Notes under the pieces: generated by a model
Databases searched by the model: none
What the model was told of the DNA's origin: nothing
What the model saw: the letters and a program-made list of their open reading frames with translations, nothing else
In this document: positions 1-9,820 of the stretch, one piece after another
Layout: the number at the start of each line of letters is the position of its first letter
Numbering within the stretch: position 1 is the first letter of the stretch
Source: a virus
Reading direction: 5' to 3' (one strand)
DNA length: 64,000 bases
Virus record (IMG/VR): IMGVR_UViG_3300028800_000081
Span: 9,133 to 73,132 of that record
Made by a program: the position numbers and the translations under genes

Positions 1-1227
1 ACGGGAGTTCTGGTTTTTGAAGCAAGCGGAACGGCGATCAAACAGTGGCTTCTAGCTGCGAATGGGGGATATGCAAACAACGACTCTCGCAATATCTGGG
101 TAGCGAATGCAATTGGCGGGAACGGCGGCGGAACATCATCCGGCGATCTCGCGGGGCTGAACAGCACGACGCTTCTGTATTCTACAGATTTTGAAGCTGC
201 GGTGTGGCAGCAGGGCGAGAACGATGTCGGAAGCGTGGTCTATGGCACGCAACTCGCGGCGCTGTTCGGACAGATTCAGTCTGTCAATGGCCGAAGCGGA
301 AACCAATTCAAATTCTGCGTCGTGCCGATCGGAACTCAGGTCATTGGGCCTAACGGTTATACGCCAGGCAGCAATTCCGGGTATGACTCGGTTCGGGAAG
401 CGCAGCAGACGTGGATTTCAAGCAATGTTGGAGCAGGGTCGATTTATGGAGGCTCCGTACAGGATGCGACCCACAATCCTTTTGATCCGGTTAGCGTCGG
501 TGACTATGTGCATTGGTGCTATTCAGACCGCGTTTCTATGGGCAAGCGATACACGCAGGCGTTGTTGCAGGCACTCGGAGCGCAGGCTTATGGCGCGGCT
601 GGGCCGGCCATCACCAGCGCCAGTATGTCCACTGGCTCAAGCACGATAATCGTTACGGTCACACAGGACCAAGGAACGCAGCTTCTCGACGCCAATGGCA
701 GCAACACAGGAGCCAACCTTCAGGGCTTCGTGGTCGTCATCAATGGGTCGCCTGTCGCAGTCACGAATGCGCAGATCACGGGTGCAAGTCAGATCACGCT
801 AACGACCGCTTCGCCTCGCGGCGCAGGCCAAACGGCAACGGTCTCGTACCAGAATGGCGCGAATCCTGACGCTATCGTCTACGGGCAATGGACCAATCTG
901 AGCTGCACGCACAATTCCCTGACGATCACGGACGCGAGCAATCTCGGCATCTTCAATTCCGTCATGGCCGGGGGAACGATTGTCATCAGCGCGGGAACGA
1001 ATTTCGTACCCGGAAGCTACACGATCAACACCATCCCTGATGCGAACACCTGCACCGTCACGGCTACTCCATGCCCATCTGCGAACGGTACTGCTGGGGC
1101 TGCGGGCGTCTCTGTGAACGGCACGCCTGACGTGATATACGACAATTTCGCTTGGGCCGGCACGCTTTACCCGGACACACGCGGAATGCCGCTGCAGCCG
1201 ACCAACGGAGCGATTTCGATACCATGA
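1..1227 (+). CDS. Tail fibre/tailspike with SGNH (sialate O-acetylesterase-like) domain, 5' partial
   Basis: Frame 1 is open from base 1. WQQGEND and DYVH match SASA/SGNH motifs. G/T/S-rich beta C-terminus; lies upstream of the lysis genes. Confidence 0.7.
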   Translation, partial: TGVLVFEASGTAIKQWLLAANGGYANNDSRNIWVANAIGGNGGGTSSGDLAGLNSTTLLYSTDFEAAVWQQGENDVGSVVYGTQLAALFGQIQSVNGRSGNQFKFCVVPIGTQVIGPNGYTPGSNSGYDSVREAQQTWISSNVGAGSIYGGSVQDATHNPFDPVSVGDYVHWCYSDRVSMGKRYTQALLQALGAQAYGAAGPAITSASMSTGSSTIIVTVTQDQGTQLLDANGSNTGANLQGFVVVINGSPVAVTNAQITGASQITLTTASPRGAGQTATVSYQNGANPDAIVYGQWTNLSCTHNSLTITDASNLGIFNSVMAGGTIVISAGTNFVPGSYTINTIPDANTCTVTATPCPSANGTAGAAGVSVNGTPDVIYDNFAWAGTLYPDTRGMPLQPTNGAISIP

Positions 1228-1634
1228 TGCGGCCCCGCTCGATTGTCCTTGCGCTTGCGCTGATCGTGCCGCAGCCGGTGCTTGCCGCCGGCGCCGCGAT
1301 CTTCCTCTCGACGCACATGGTAGCGCCGCCGAACGCGACGACGTTCCTGCAGGAAGACGCAGCACAAGGCTGCTCGCTCAGCGTTCCCGATAAGGCGCGT
1401 TACAGTCTGCTGTTCATGACGCTGAACCGGGACGCGGTTCCGTTGTCGCAGTTCGACCGCATGACGCTCCCTGGGCTGGCGCCGGATCAATGCAGCGCCA
1501 ACATCGTCGCGGCCACTCCGACCTTCGCGGGCTACTACCTGTTTCCATACGGAGCGGTGTTCGGCGGCGCGATCTCGCCTTGCCTCCAGACCGTTCAAAA
1601 GGTCGGAAATCTCAGCCGACTCCCAACATGCTGA
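1224..1634 (+). CDS. Hypothetical protein with signal peptide
   Basis: ATG overlaps the upstream stop; N-terminus MMRPRSIVLALALIVPQPVLA. Confidence 0.55.
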   Translation: MMRPRSIVLALALIVPQPVLAAGAAIFLSTHMVAPPNATTFLQEDAAQGCSLSVPDKARYSLLFMTLNRDAVPLSQFDRMTLPGLAPDQCSANIVAATPTFAGYYLFPYGAVFGGAISPCLQTVQKVGNLSRLPTC

Positions 1635-1650
1635 TCGGAGCTATCTTCTG

Positions 1651-4068
1651 ATGCGTCGTCCGGTGATTCTCTTCCTAGCGGCTCTTTATGCTCTTCTCGT
1701 TGGACACGTCTCCGATGTGGCGCTCGCGCAAGGGCAGGGTCCGGCAACAATCCTTTATCCGACGACGCCTGGAAATTGCATTCAGACCGACCCTACGATG
1801 GGCGCGGGGTACCTATCCAACTCTGGCGCCCCCTGTCCGGTACTTAAGGATGCTTTTTATTATGGCGCTAAATGCGACGCAGATGCGAACGACACTGCTG
1901 CCTTTCAGGCTTACATTGATGCGGCCGGTCCTGGAGTGGTGGAAGTTCCAGCCAAGCGTACATGCGTCGTCAGTTCTCTCAATTTGCCCTCTGGGACGTA
2001 TCTTCGTGGCGGCGGGATGGGGAGTTCTGTCCTTAAACTAGGATCGAACATCGGCAGTGGCGGCGCTGCTGGAATGCTGACTCTGGCGTCAGCCAGTCAC
2101 GTCACGATCAGCGATCTTACACTAGATGGCAACCGCTCGACTTTCTCTAGCACAAACAACAACGCCATCTATGGTCCGGCCTCCGGGTCCGGTCTTTCCG
2201 ATATCGCCATTGATCGCGTCGAGGTCAAATCTCCGGCTGGCGCATGCGCGCTCATTCTTGGCCCCAGTTCTGCCGTGCGAGACTCGCGCATCGCGGTGCG
2301 AAGCTCCTATCTTCATGACTGCGGATACCACGGCGTCATAACGCAAGGATATGTCGATCACGTCAGCTATTCGCACAATCAGGTTTTCAACTGGGGTGAG
2401 CTGGTAGCGAATTCCGTTGGCCTCGTTTGCGGCCGCTACGCGACGGACTGTCTTATCGACGGCAATCAGGTAAGCGGAGACCTCGTAAATGAAACGGGTC
2501 CCAGCAGCCACGGCATCAGCCTCGATAATTGCGCCAATGGCAACGTCATCAACAATTATGTGACTTCAACAATAGGCTACGGCATCGAGGTCGGCGAGTG
2601 CTCAGGCGTCACCGTTGGCCACAACGTCATCATTGGAACTACGCGCTCCGGAATTTCAGTCGACGGAAGCGGCACGGGGTCGTCTGTCGCCGATGGTGTG
2701 ACTACTGCAAACTCGACCGCCATCACGTCCGCGACGGCAAACTTCTTTCCCGGAATGAAGGGGAAGGGAATTGCGGCGTCTGGCTGTCAGGCCAATGGCG
2801 GCACAGAAGTGACATGGGTCACCGCCTTCAATAGCCCAACATCGATCAGCGTTTTTACGCCGTGTGCCAACTCTCAGACAGGCGTCACGCTGACGTGGCC
2901 GGCAACAAATTCGAATGTCACTGTGGTCGGGAATTCCTTGCAGTCCGCCGGAACGCTGGCGCCTTCTGCGGCAGTGTATTCCGTGATCAACGGCCCAGTC
3001 AGCAAGTATGTGAATGCGACCGACGTTACGTGCACCAGCGGATCGACAACGATCGCTTCGCCAACCGTCCCATTTGCCTCATGGATGGTGGGACAGGGTG
3101 GCACGTTCACCGGCTGCGCAGCCGGGCCGGGAACGCTAACCGCAGTCATAGCGGCGATCATCGACGCTCATGACGTAAGGATTTCAAAGGCCGCCACAGC
3201 GACGAACTCGGGCGGCTCGACCATGAACATCAGCACACCTTATAGTTTGAACAATCGAGTCTCAATTGTTGGGAATGTTGAAAGCGCCGCTGCTGGACTC
3301 GGGTACTTTATAAACAACGCCGAGTATGTGACACTGCAGGGCAACGTTGCGATGGACAACCCGCAATCTGGGATTGAATTGGCGAACTCCAACTATGTTT
3401 CCGTTGCCTCCAACACGGCGGAGTTGAACAACACATCCTTGACTGCCGGGCAAGCAGGCATTGTGGCGTTGATGACAACCTCCATCGGAAGCGTTTTGAC
3501 GGCGTATGGCAATCAATCTCTGGCGAACGGAGATGGGACTGGAGGAGCGGCGGACGAGATATACGATCTCGACAGTTTGCCTTCGAATTTCAACTTCGAC
3601 CCCATCCAGATCGCCAACTCCTTGATTCCTAATACGCCCAATACTGGCGCGTTGGGCACCACTAGCAATCCTTGGTCATTGGTTATCGCCGGCACGAATG
3701 CGAGTGCTGCAGTTCCGCAAGGCGCTCGCAGGGCGTCAACGATATTCGTGGACTCGGCACTTTCTCCGATCACGTTGGCAACGGCGAGCAACGCTTCGCT
3801 TGGCGCGTATGGAAGTCTCGTTCCTCTTGGAGAATTTGTTATCTACGACGTCAACGGGGCGTTCTGTAAATTCTTTCTTCGTGGTCCGTCAAACGCAACA
3901 ATCAAAGAGTATGATGCGGGCACCGACGGCGGGTGCTCTGTGACAAAAGGTAACGCGAGTACGACAAACGTCTATTATGATGCGGCCGGATCTTCTGGAG
4001 CGGGATATTACATCGAAAATCAAATCGGCTCGACGCGAACGTATTATGTCATCACGCAGGGGACCTGA
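1651..4068 (+). CDS. Right-handed beta-helix (pectate lyase-like) tailspike/depolymerase
   Basis: YGAKCDADANDTAAFQA motif typical of pectate_lyase_3 N-termini, followed by many parallel beta-helix repeats (ISDLTLDGN, VIGN); 805 aa. Confidence 0.8.
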   Translation: MRRPVILFLAALYALLVGHVSDVALAQGQGPATILYPTTPGNCIQTDPTMGAGYLSNSGAPCPVLKDAFYYGAKCDADANDTAAFQAYIDAAGPGVVEVPAKRTCVVSSLNLPSGTYLRGGGMGSSVLKLGSNIGSGGAAGMLTLASASHVTISDLTLDGNRSTFSSTNNNAIYGPASGSGLSDIAIDRVEVKSPAGACALILGPSSAVRDSRIAVRSSYLHDCGYHGVITQGYVDHVSYSHNQVFNWGELVANSVGLVCGRYATDCLIDGNQVSGDLVNETGPSSHGISLDNCANGNVINNYVTSTIGYGIEVGECSGVTVGHNVIIGTTRSGISVDGSGTGSSVADGVTTANSTAITSATANFFPGMKGKGIAASGCQANGGTEVTWVTAFNSPTSISVFTPCANSQTGVTLTWPATNSNVTVVGNSLQSAGTLAPSAAVYSVINGPVSKYVNATDVTCTSGSTTIASPTVPFASWMVGQGGTFTGCAAGPGTLTAVIAAIIDAHDVRISKAATATNSGGSTMNISTPYSLNNRVSIVGNVESAAAGLGYFINNAEYVTLQGNVAMDNPQSGIELANSNYVSVASNTAELNNTSLTAGQAGIVALMTTSIGSVLTAYGNQSLANGDGTGGAADEIYDLDSLPSNFNFDPIQIANSLIPNTPNTGALGTTSNPWSLVIAGTNASAAVPQGARRASTIFVDSALSPITLATASNASLGAYGSLVPLGEFVIYDVNGAFCKFFLRGPSNATIKEYDAGTDGGCSVTKGNASTTNVYYDAAGSSGAGYYIENQIGSTRTYYVITQGT

Positions 4069-4182
4069 TGATGCGGTCCAGTAAGGAGCGCAGAGAGACA
4101 TGAGGGGATGGTGGATTGTGCCGTGCGTTATTGGCGGCGCTGGAATGTGGGCGCTTGCAATCATGGCTGCGATGGGAGCGCT

Positions 4183-4818
4183 ATGATGGTCACAATGTTG
4201 AAGCCTATCACACCCGGCATTCTCTCCGTCTTGGTCAAGGGCGGCGACATCCATCTGCTCGCCGATCTCGCGCCGGAACTTGAAGCGCAGCTCGCGCCAG
4301 CCGGGATCGACACGCTGCTCCGCAAGGCTCACTTTCTGGCGCAAGCGGCTTACGAGAGCGGCTACTTTTCGCGACTTGACGAGAACCTCAATTATTCGGC
4401 TGCGCACATCGTCGAACTCTACGGCAAGACTCATCCCGACGTGGCACGGCGCGCGAATGTGCTGGCCCATGATCCAAAGGCGTTCGGAAGCGCCATCTAT
4501 GCCAACCGGTTCGGGAACGGCAATGAGGCGAGCGGAGACGGGTATCGGTTCCGCGGGCGCGGCATTCTGATGACAACTTTCCGCGACAACTATCGCGCGC
4601 AAGGCGTGGAGGACGACCCCGATTCCGTCGCCACGCCGGCGGGCGCGGTCAAGACGGCAATCGCCTACTGGAATTCGCGCAAGTGCAACGAGGCGGCCGA
4701 CGCCGACAACTGCCCGCGCGTGACGTTCCTGATCAACGGCGGGTCGAACGGCCTCTCGGATCGATCTATCCTGAAGGCGCGGGCGATGGAATTGCTTGCA
4801 GACGGACAGAGCACATGA
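4183..4818 (+). CDS. Endolysin, glycoside hydrolase family 19
   Basis: AHFLAQAAYESG, ENLNYS, YANRFGNG, GDGYRFRGRG and INGGSNGL motifs. Confidence 0.9.
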   Translation: MMVTMLKPITPGILSVLVKGGDIHLLADLAPELEAQLAPAGIDTLLRKAHFLAQAAYESGYFSRLDENLNYSAAHIVELYGKTHPDVARRANVLAHDPKAFGSAIYANRFGNGNEASGDGYRFRGRGILMTTFRDNYRAQGVEDDPDSVATPAGAVKTAIAYWNSRKCNEAADADNCPRVTFLINGGSNGLSDRSILKARAMELLADGQST

Positions 4819-4952
4819 AACGCACATTTGCCGCCCTATGCCTGGCGCTCACAGCCTGTACCGGTGCCGTCACGCCTTCGATTCGTGTCGGCGATGGTCG
4901 TGCATCGTGGCACGGCTTCTTGCGTCACGGCGAATGGGAAGTGTGCAAATGA
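4815..4952 (+). CDS. Small lipoprotein
   Basis: MKRTFAALCLALTAC lipobox; ATGA overlaps with neighbours. Confidence 0.55.
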   Translation: MKRTFAALCLALTACTGAVTPSIRVGDGRASWHGFLRHGEWEVCK

Positions 4953-5338
4953 CGCGCGCGCCCGCAATTTTCGCCGCCCTCACTCTCTCCGCATGCGCCA
5001 ACATCTCCACTGTAGTCCCCTACGCGCCCCAGCCAGAGATCAAGGACCAGGCGGCGTTCAATGCCGACCTTGCCACCTGCAGGGGATACGCGACAGGCTA
5101 TCAGCCGGGGTTCTCCGTATCGAGCATCGGAAACGCGGGGCTGCAGGGCGGGCTCGGCAATCTCGGCGGCGTTGCGATCAATCCGCTCGTGCCCGTGGCC
5201 GGGGCGGCGGGCGGAGGCGGGGCAGAGTTCATGCGCGAGCTCGGGCTGTTGAACGACGCTCAACGGAAAGTGTTGACGCTGTGCATGGACAAAAAAGGCA
5301 CTGCGAGCGGCAAATATATGATATTGGATCCCGGCTAG
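4949..5338 (+). CDS. Glycine-zipper lipoprotein
   Basis: LSAC lipobox, DLATC...C pair and Gly-rich hydrophobic hairpin. Confidence 0.65.
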   Translation: MTRAPAIFAALTLSACANISTVVPYAPQPEIKDQAAFNADLATCRGYATGYQPGFSVSSIGNAGLQGGLGNLGGVAINPLVPVAGAAGGGGAEFMRELGLLNDAQRKVLTLCMDKKGTASGKYMILDPG

Positions 5339-5531
5339 CGGGTCGGCGCGCGCTTCTCCAGTCGGTAGAAGATGGCTCGGCAAAGCGGGGCTCGCTGGCC
5401 GCCCCATCTGGGGCACGTTCGCAATCCGGCCATCGAGCAAGAATCCCTTTCCGGAGACTGCCCTTCGCCCAGGATTCGAACGTGCGCCACGTGCGGCGAT
5501 CTTGCCGCGCGAACCCGGAAAGGCTTTCACC

Positions 5532-5912
5532 ATGTCACAAGCAGGAACATCACCCCCGGCAGTCGTTACGCCGGACTTCTTCAGCCAGGTTTGGGCCGAC
5601 GCCGACGCGCTGGCCGTCAAGGTATGGGACGAGATCAAGACCGATGCGGTCGAGGTCGCGCAGGTCGCCTATGCGGACTTCAAGGACATTCTGAGCGTCG
5701 GGCTTCCGCTCGCCATTCAGGCGGTCGCGGCGCAGGTGCCTGGGATCATTGCAGGCACGGAAAAGTTCGGTAATGCCGCGACGAGCGTCGGACAGCAGCT
5801 CGAGGCGCAACTCGGCCCTGTCGCATGGAACGACGTGCAGACCGTGACCCAGCTCGCCTATAACAAGCTCATGGGCATTGCCGGCGGCGCGCCCGGTCCG
5901 GCACCGAAATAA
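5532..5912 (+). CDS. Hypothetical protein (lysis region)
   Basis: 126-aa ORF with phage-like codon usage. Confidence 0.6.
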   Translation: MSQAGTSPPAVVTPDFFSQVWADADALAVKVWDEIKTDAVEVAQVAYADFKDILSVGLPLAIQAVAAQVPGIIAGTEKFGNAATSVGQQLEAQLGPVAWNDVQTVTQLAYNKLMGIAGGAPGPAPK

Positions 5913-6017
5913 ACCCTATCGCGACGGTCCACCCCTGCCGATCGCGACGTGCCGGGCCGTGCGTAGTGCCCTCGGGTTTTAAATGCGTACGGCCCGGAAC
6001 CCTTAAGGAGAATGTGA

Positions 6018-6440
6018 ATGACCGGAATCGATCTTTCGCCTCTCGCTGGCGTCGCCAATCTGGCGATTACCACGTTCACAACCGTGGCAACGGCGGCAAT
6101 CCCCATCGCTGGATTCTATTGCATCCAATGGTTGAGAGCACATGCGGCGCAAACCAGGCAGGCAACGCAGGTCGCTGCGGCTCCGCAGGTCGACAACGCG
6201 ATCCAGAAGGGCTTTTCCTATTCTCAGCAGCAGGGCATTGACCCCATCGCCGGCGCGGTCGACTACGCGATCAAACAGGTGCCGCAACAGCTCAAGACGC
6301 TCGGCTTTGACCCGGCTACCGAAGACGGCAAAGCCGCTGTTACCCGCATGGTGACGGCGCGGCTTGTCCCGGCACCGACGCCGCCGGCAACGCTGGACCT
6401 GAATGTCACGACGGCGAAAGACACTTCGACCAAGAGGTAA
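6018..6440 (+). CDS. Putative holin
   Basis: RBS AAGGAG; N-terminal TM helix and VDNAIQKG/AVDYA segments like LL-H-type holins; near the endolysin. Confidence 0.5.
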   Translation: MTGIDLSPLAGVANLAITTFTTVATAAIPIAGFYCIQWLRAHAAQTRQATQVAAAPQVDNAIQKGFSYSQQQGIDPIAGAVDYAIKQVPQQLKTLGFDPATEDGKAAVTRMVTARLVPAPTPPATLDLNVTTAKDTSTKR

Positions 6441-6444
6441 GCCC

Positions 6445-7007
6445 ATGCGCACACTGATCGACGTTTGCAAACATTTGGCGATGCTGGCCGGATACGGCGA
6501 AGGCGATGCGGCGGACATTGCGGATAAGCTGCACAAGGCGGCGGCGCTCGAGCATCAGCAGAGGCACGCGGAATCAGAGGCGCATATTAAGGCGCTTGAA
6601 AGCAGCCTGACTGCGCACGTTGAAGTCTCAGAGCCCGTTACTGACGTTTACAAATCGCTCAACGTCAAGCGTCCGCGCAAGGCTAAGAAGAAGCCCGTCT
6701 CCAAACCCAAGCCCCGCGCCAAGCGTAAGAAGGCGAGGAAGTGATGGCAACAACCCGCACACAACTTCTCGGATGGATCGAACATTGCGAGCGAGAGCAT
6801 CCTGGAAAGGGGACGCATATTCCTGTCTGGCTTTGCTCTATGCACGCAGTACATGAGGCCGTCGCCGATGGCGATGTAAAGGAAATTGGAAAGCAACCGT
6901 TTCGCAGCACGGAATCGTTCGTTATTTACGGCCTTACGGAACAAGGGCGGTGCAAATTCTATGCGTCGCTTCCGGTCTTAACCGAACAAACCGCAAAGGT
7001 CGCGTGA
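6445..7007 (+). other. Two small hypothetical ORFs (6445-6744 with basic C-terminus; 6744-7007)
   Basis: Translationally coupled ORFs. Confidence 0.5.
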
Positions 7008-7008
7008 C

Positions 7009-7227
7009 GTGTCATGGCTCTCCTACATATGGGCTGCGATCAAGGCGATATTCAGCGGCTATGTCGGGGCGAAGCAGCAAGTCGGGGTGGATCAAGGCCG
7101 TGCCGAAGCCGAGCGTGACATGAGCGTAGCATCTGCAAAGACCGAATCGCGTGTCGCACAAGCCGAAGTAGACGCTCCCCATAGCATTACTGAGGCGGAG
7201 AGGAGGGCGGAAGATGGGACGCTGTGA
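7009..7227 (+). CDS. Putative i-spanin (Rz-like)
   Basis: N-terminal hydrophobic anchor, coiled coil, ends DGTL and overlaps a lipoprotein ORF. Confidence 0.5.
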   Translation: MSWLSYIWAAIKAIFSGYVGAKQQVGVDQGRAEAERDMSVASAKTESRVAQAEVDAPHSITEAERRAEDGTL

Positions 7228-7588
7228 GGAAATTTGCTGCGGGCCGGGCTCGAAACCGGCTGTCCCTTTTGGGGGTGAATTGGGTACTGGGTCTCCGCCA
7301 GCAAGGCGGTACATACGTTCCCCAACGGACGGCGACCATTTCCGTGCTTCCTTCAGCACCGCCGCAGCCCTCGCACTATGCGCCCTCACAGCCTGCTCTA
7401 CAAGCCCGCCAGTGCCTCCGGTTCAAACGGTATGCCTGCCAATGGCGACCTACTCCCAAGCCGCACAGACCGCCCTAGCGAAGGAATGGCGCGCTCTCGA
7501 CCCCAACAGTCTGACGGCGAGCCGGTTCATTCCTGATTCGATCGCATTGAGGGACAGCAACCGCGCCGCATGTGGGGCCAAACCGTGA
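7214..7588 (+). CDS. Putative o-spanin (Rz1-like lipoprotein) with extended/interrupted N-terminus
   Basis: LALCALTAC lipobox, Pro-rich segment and terminal Cys; AGGAGG at 7201. Confidence 0.55.
   Translation: MGRCEEICCGPGSKPAVPFGGELGTGSPPARRYIRSPTDGDHFRASFSTAAALALCALTACSTSPPVPPVQTVCLPMATYSQAAQTALAKEWRALDPNSLTASRFIPDSIALRDSNRAACGAKP
7235..7368 (-). ncRNA. tRNA-like RNA A (134 nt, expanded anticodon region)
   Basis: Minus strand: 7-bp acceptor GCTGCGG/CCGCAGC+A, D-like hairpin GTGCT-GAAGGA-AGCAC, T-like arm GCCGG-TTTCGAGC-CCGGC. Confidence 0.6.
7375..7403 (-). promoter_or_regulatory. Sigma70-like promoter for tRNA-like RNA A
   Basis: TTGTAG-N17-CATAGT, 6 nt before the acceptor-stem G. Confidence 0.45.
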
Positions 7589-9744
7589 CCGCTCGAAAAT
7601 CTCACAAAGCCTATGACGAGCCAGAGGCAGGGGAATGGGTACGCCCTATCCATAAAGGATACAAACTAGCGTGTTGCTCGTGCGGGCTCGTTCACAAGAT
7701 GGACTTTCGTATCGTTCGTGGAAGGGTGCAATTTCGAGTATTCAGCGCGCCTCGGGAAACGGCGGCGATACGCAGACGGCCCCACAAGTTCATCCCCAGA
7801 GATGTTGCTGAGCAACTGGCCAGCCAGATTCTTCTGATGGAAAAGCGGGCGGCGAAATCATGAAATGGCCCATGACTCCGAATATTTTCGTAGCCTCAGA
7901 CGATTTTTGTACGATCTCGAAGGCGACGACGCTCAGCGCAAGGTGCCGCGAAAGCCGAACGGTGAGCTTCTCTATCCGAGGCGGGAGAGGCTGATTCGCA
8001 TGTCGCTGGCTTGGCAGAAAAGATATGGGCGGGCGGTGTGACGTGGATAAGACGGCCACAGATTGGACGTTTGCCACGCTATTTCATCACGTCGATGAGC
8101 GGCTTAACGCGCTCAATGCCAAGATCGACGAACGCGACCGACTTTATTCCGATCTCCGCTCAGCCGACAAGGACGCCATCGAAACGGCCTTTCAGGCTCA
8201 GAAGGAAGCGATTGCCGCCGCTCTTGCTTCCGCAGATCGTGCCGTCGCCAAGTCTGAGAGCGCGAACGACAAGCGGTTCGACGGCGTTAACGAGTTTCGA
8301 TCCAGTCTCAGCGACGCGGCTTCCAGGATGATGCCGCGCACGGAAACCGAAGCATTGATCCGAGCCCTGACCGAGAAGATTGCGGAGACGAATTCGCGGC
8401 TTGACCGTTCCGAGGGGCACGGCGGCGGGGTGCGGGATACGTTCAACTGGCTCACGGCATTACCTTGGGTGGCGATAGCGGGGCTACTGCTTTGGATCGC
8501 TAGGGGGCACTGAATGAGCGAAGAAACCATAGACCATGAAGCCCGAGGAGGGATAGCCCGTCTGGAGCAAAAGATCGACGGCGTGCGTTCCTACTTCGAT
8601 GACAAGCTCAATACATGGACGCAGGGCTACGATGCGCGGCTTACCGGAGGGCTGGCTACCGTCCGGGACAATGACGTGCGCAACTCTGCCGGCATGATCG
8701 CCATGGAAGGGCGGCTCAATACGAAGATTTCCGAGACTGAAGGCCGCATGATAATCGCGATCAATGAAGTGAAAGCGGCTGTGTCTAGCGGAAGCACTCG
8801 CTTCTGGGATACGTCCACGAAGATTATTCTTTCCTTGGTCGCTGCTATTTTCTCCATTGCCATGCTATACGTGACGCTTGGGAGGCATCCGTGAGCGACA
8901 AGGGCATGACCGCAGAAGGGGCATCGGCCATTAGCAACGTCCAGCTTGTCTTGCCGCCTGAGAGCGCCAAGAGTCTATTCAACATGCTCATTGCGTCCAT
9001 GGTTTTCTCGGCTATGGCGTGCCTTCTGGCAGTTGGATCGATTACCTATTCGATAGCGAGAGTGAACGGACTGAGCGACGAAGTTGGCGCATACAAAACC
9101 GACGCAAAGCTGGCGCAATATGACGCGAGCGAGCTTCGCGATACGATCATCCAAGATGGTATCAAAGTGCCGCTTAGCGCGGCGGAACAGGCCGATGCGG
9201 CCAAACTCAGGAGAAAGCCATGACCAAGCACACTCACCCCCCCGATGGCGGTAGCGTTATAATCATAACTGGCCAGAAAGCACCGGGCGATCTCGTAAGC
9301 GAAAATCTCTCGTGCGCCGAACTCGGAACGATCATCAATTCGATCCCTGCCAATTCCGCGAACGCCGCGCTGATTGCGAAGCTGACCGCTGTGCAAAGTG
9401 CAGCAGGCTGCTAAATGCCTCCCGCTCTGAAACGTATCGGAGAGGTAGCGGCCACCGTCATGGCGATTGGTGGCCTGCTATCGGGCTTCGTGTGGATCAT
9501 GGGAGGCTCTGTCCCTCCGTGGGTGACTACCGCTGCAGGACAATCAATTCTCCAGCGGCTCGACCATGAGGACGCCTTCCAGAACTCGATTGCGCTGGAA
9601 GTTCTGGACGAGAAGCTCGACCACGCTTGGGAGCGTCACAGAGCGCACATAGACGATCCGGGAGCGGTGGACGATATCCGAAGGCTCAATCGCGAGATCA
9701 AAAAAATCGACCCGACAGAGACGCTCGCGCCGCCTCCTGATTAG
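7585..9744 (+). other. Run of small, mostly membrane/coiled-coil proteins (7585-7863, 8043-8513, 8514-8894, 8891-9223, 9220-9414, 9415-9744)
   Basis: Coupled ORFs; several have a coiled coil plus one TM helix (holin/XhlA-like architecture); 7585 has a CCSCG motif. Confidence 0.6.
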
Positions 9745-9786
9745 TCCGCCGTTCCGTATCTGCCTCAGGATGGACCATAATCACAC

Positions 9787-9815
9787 TTGCCACCGCCATG
9801 GCTGCGGGGTAGAGT
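9787..9815 (+). promoter_or_regulatory. Sigma70-like promoter for tRNA-like RNA B
   Basis: TTGCCA-N17-TAGAGT, 5 nt before the acceptor-stem G at 9821. Confidence 0.55.
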
Positions 9816-9820
9816 TGCGT

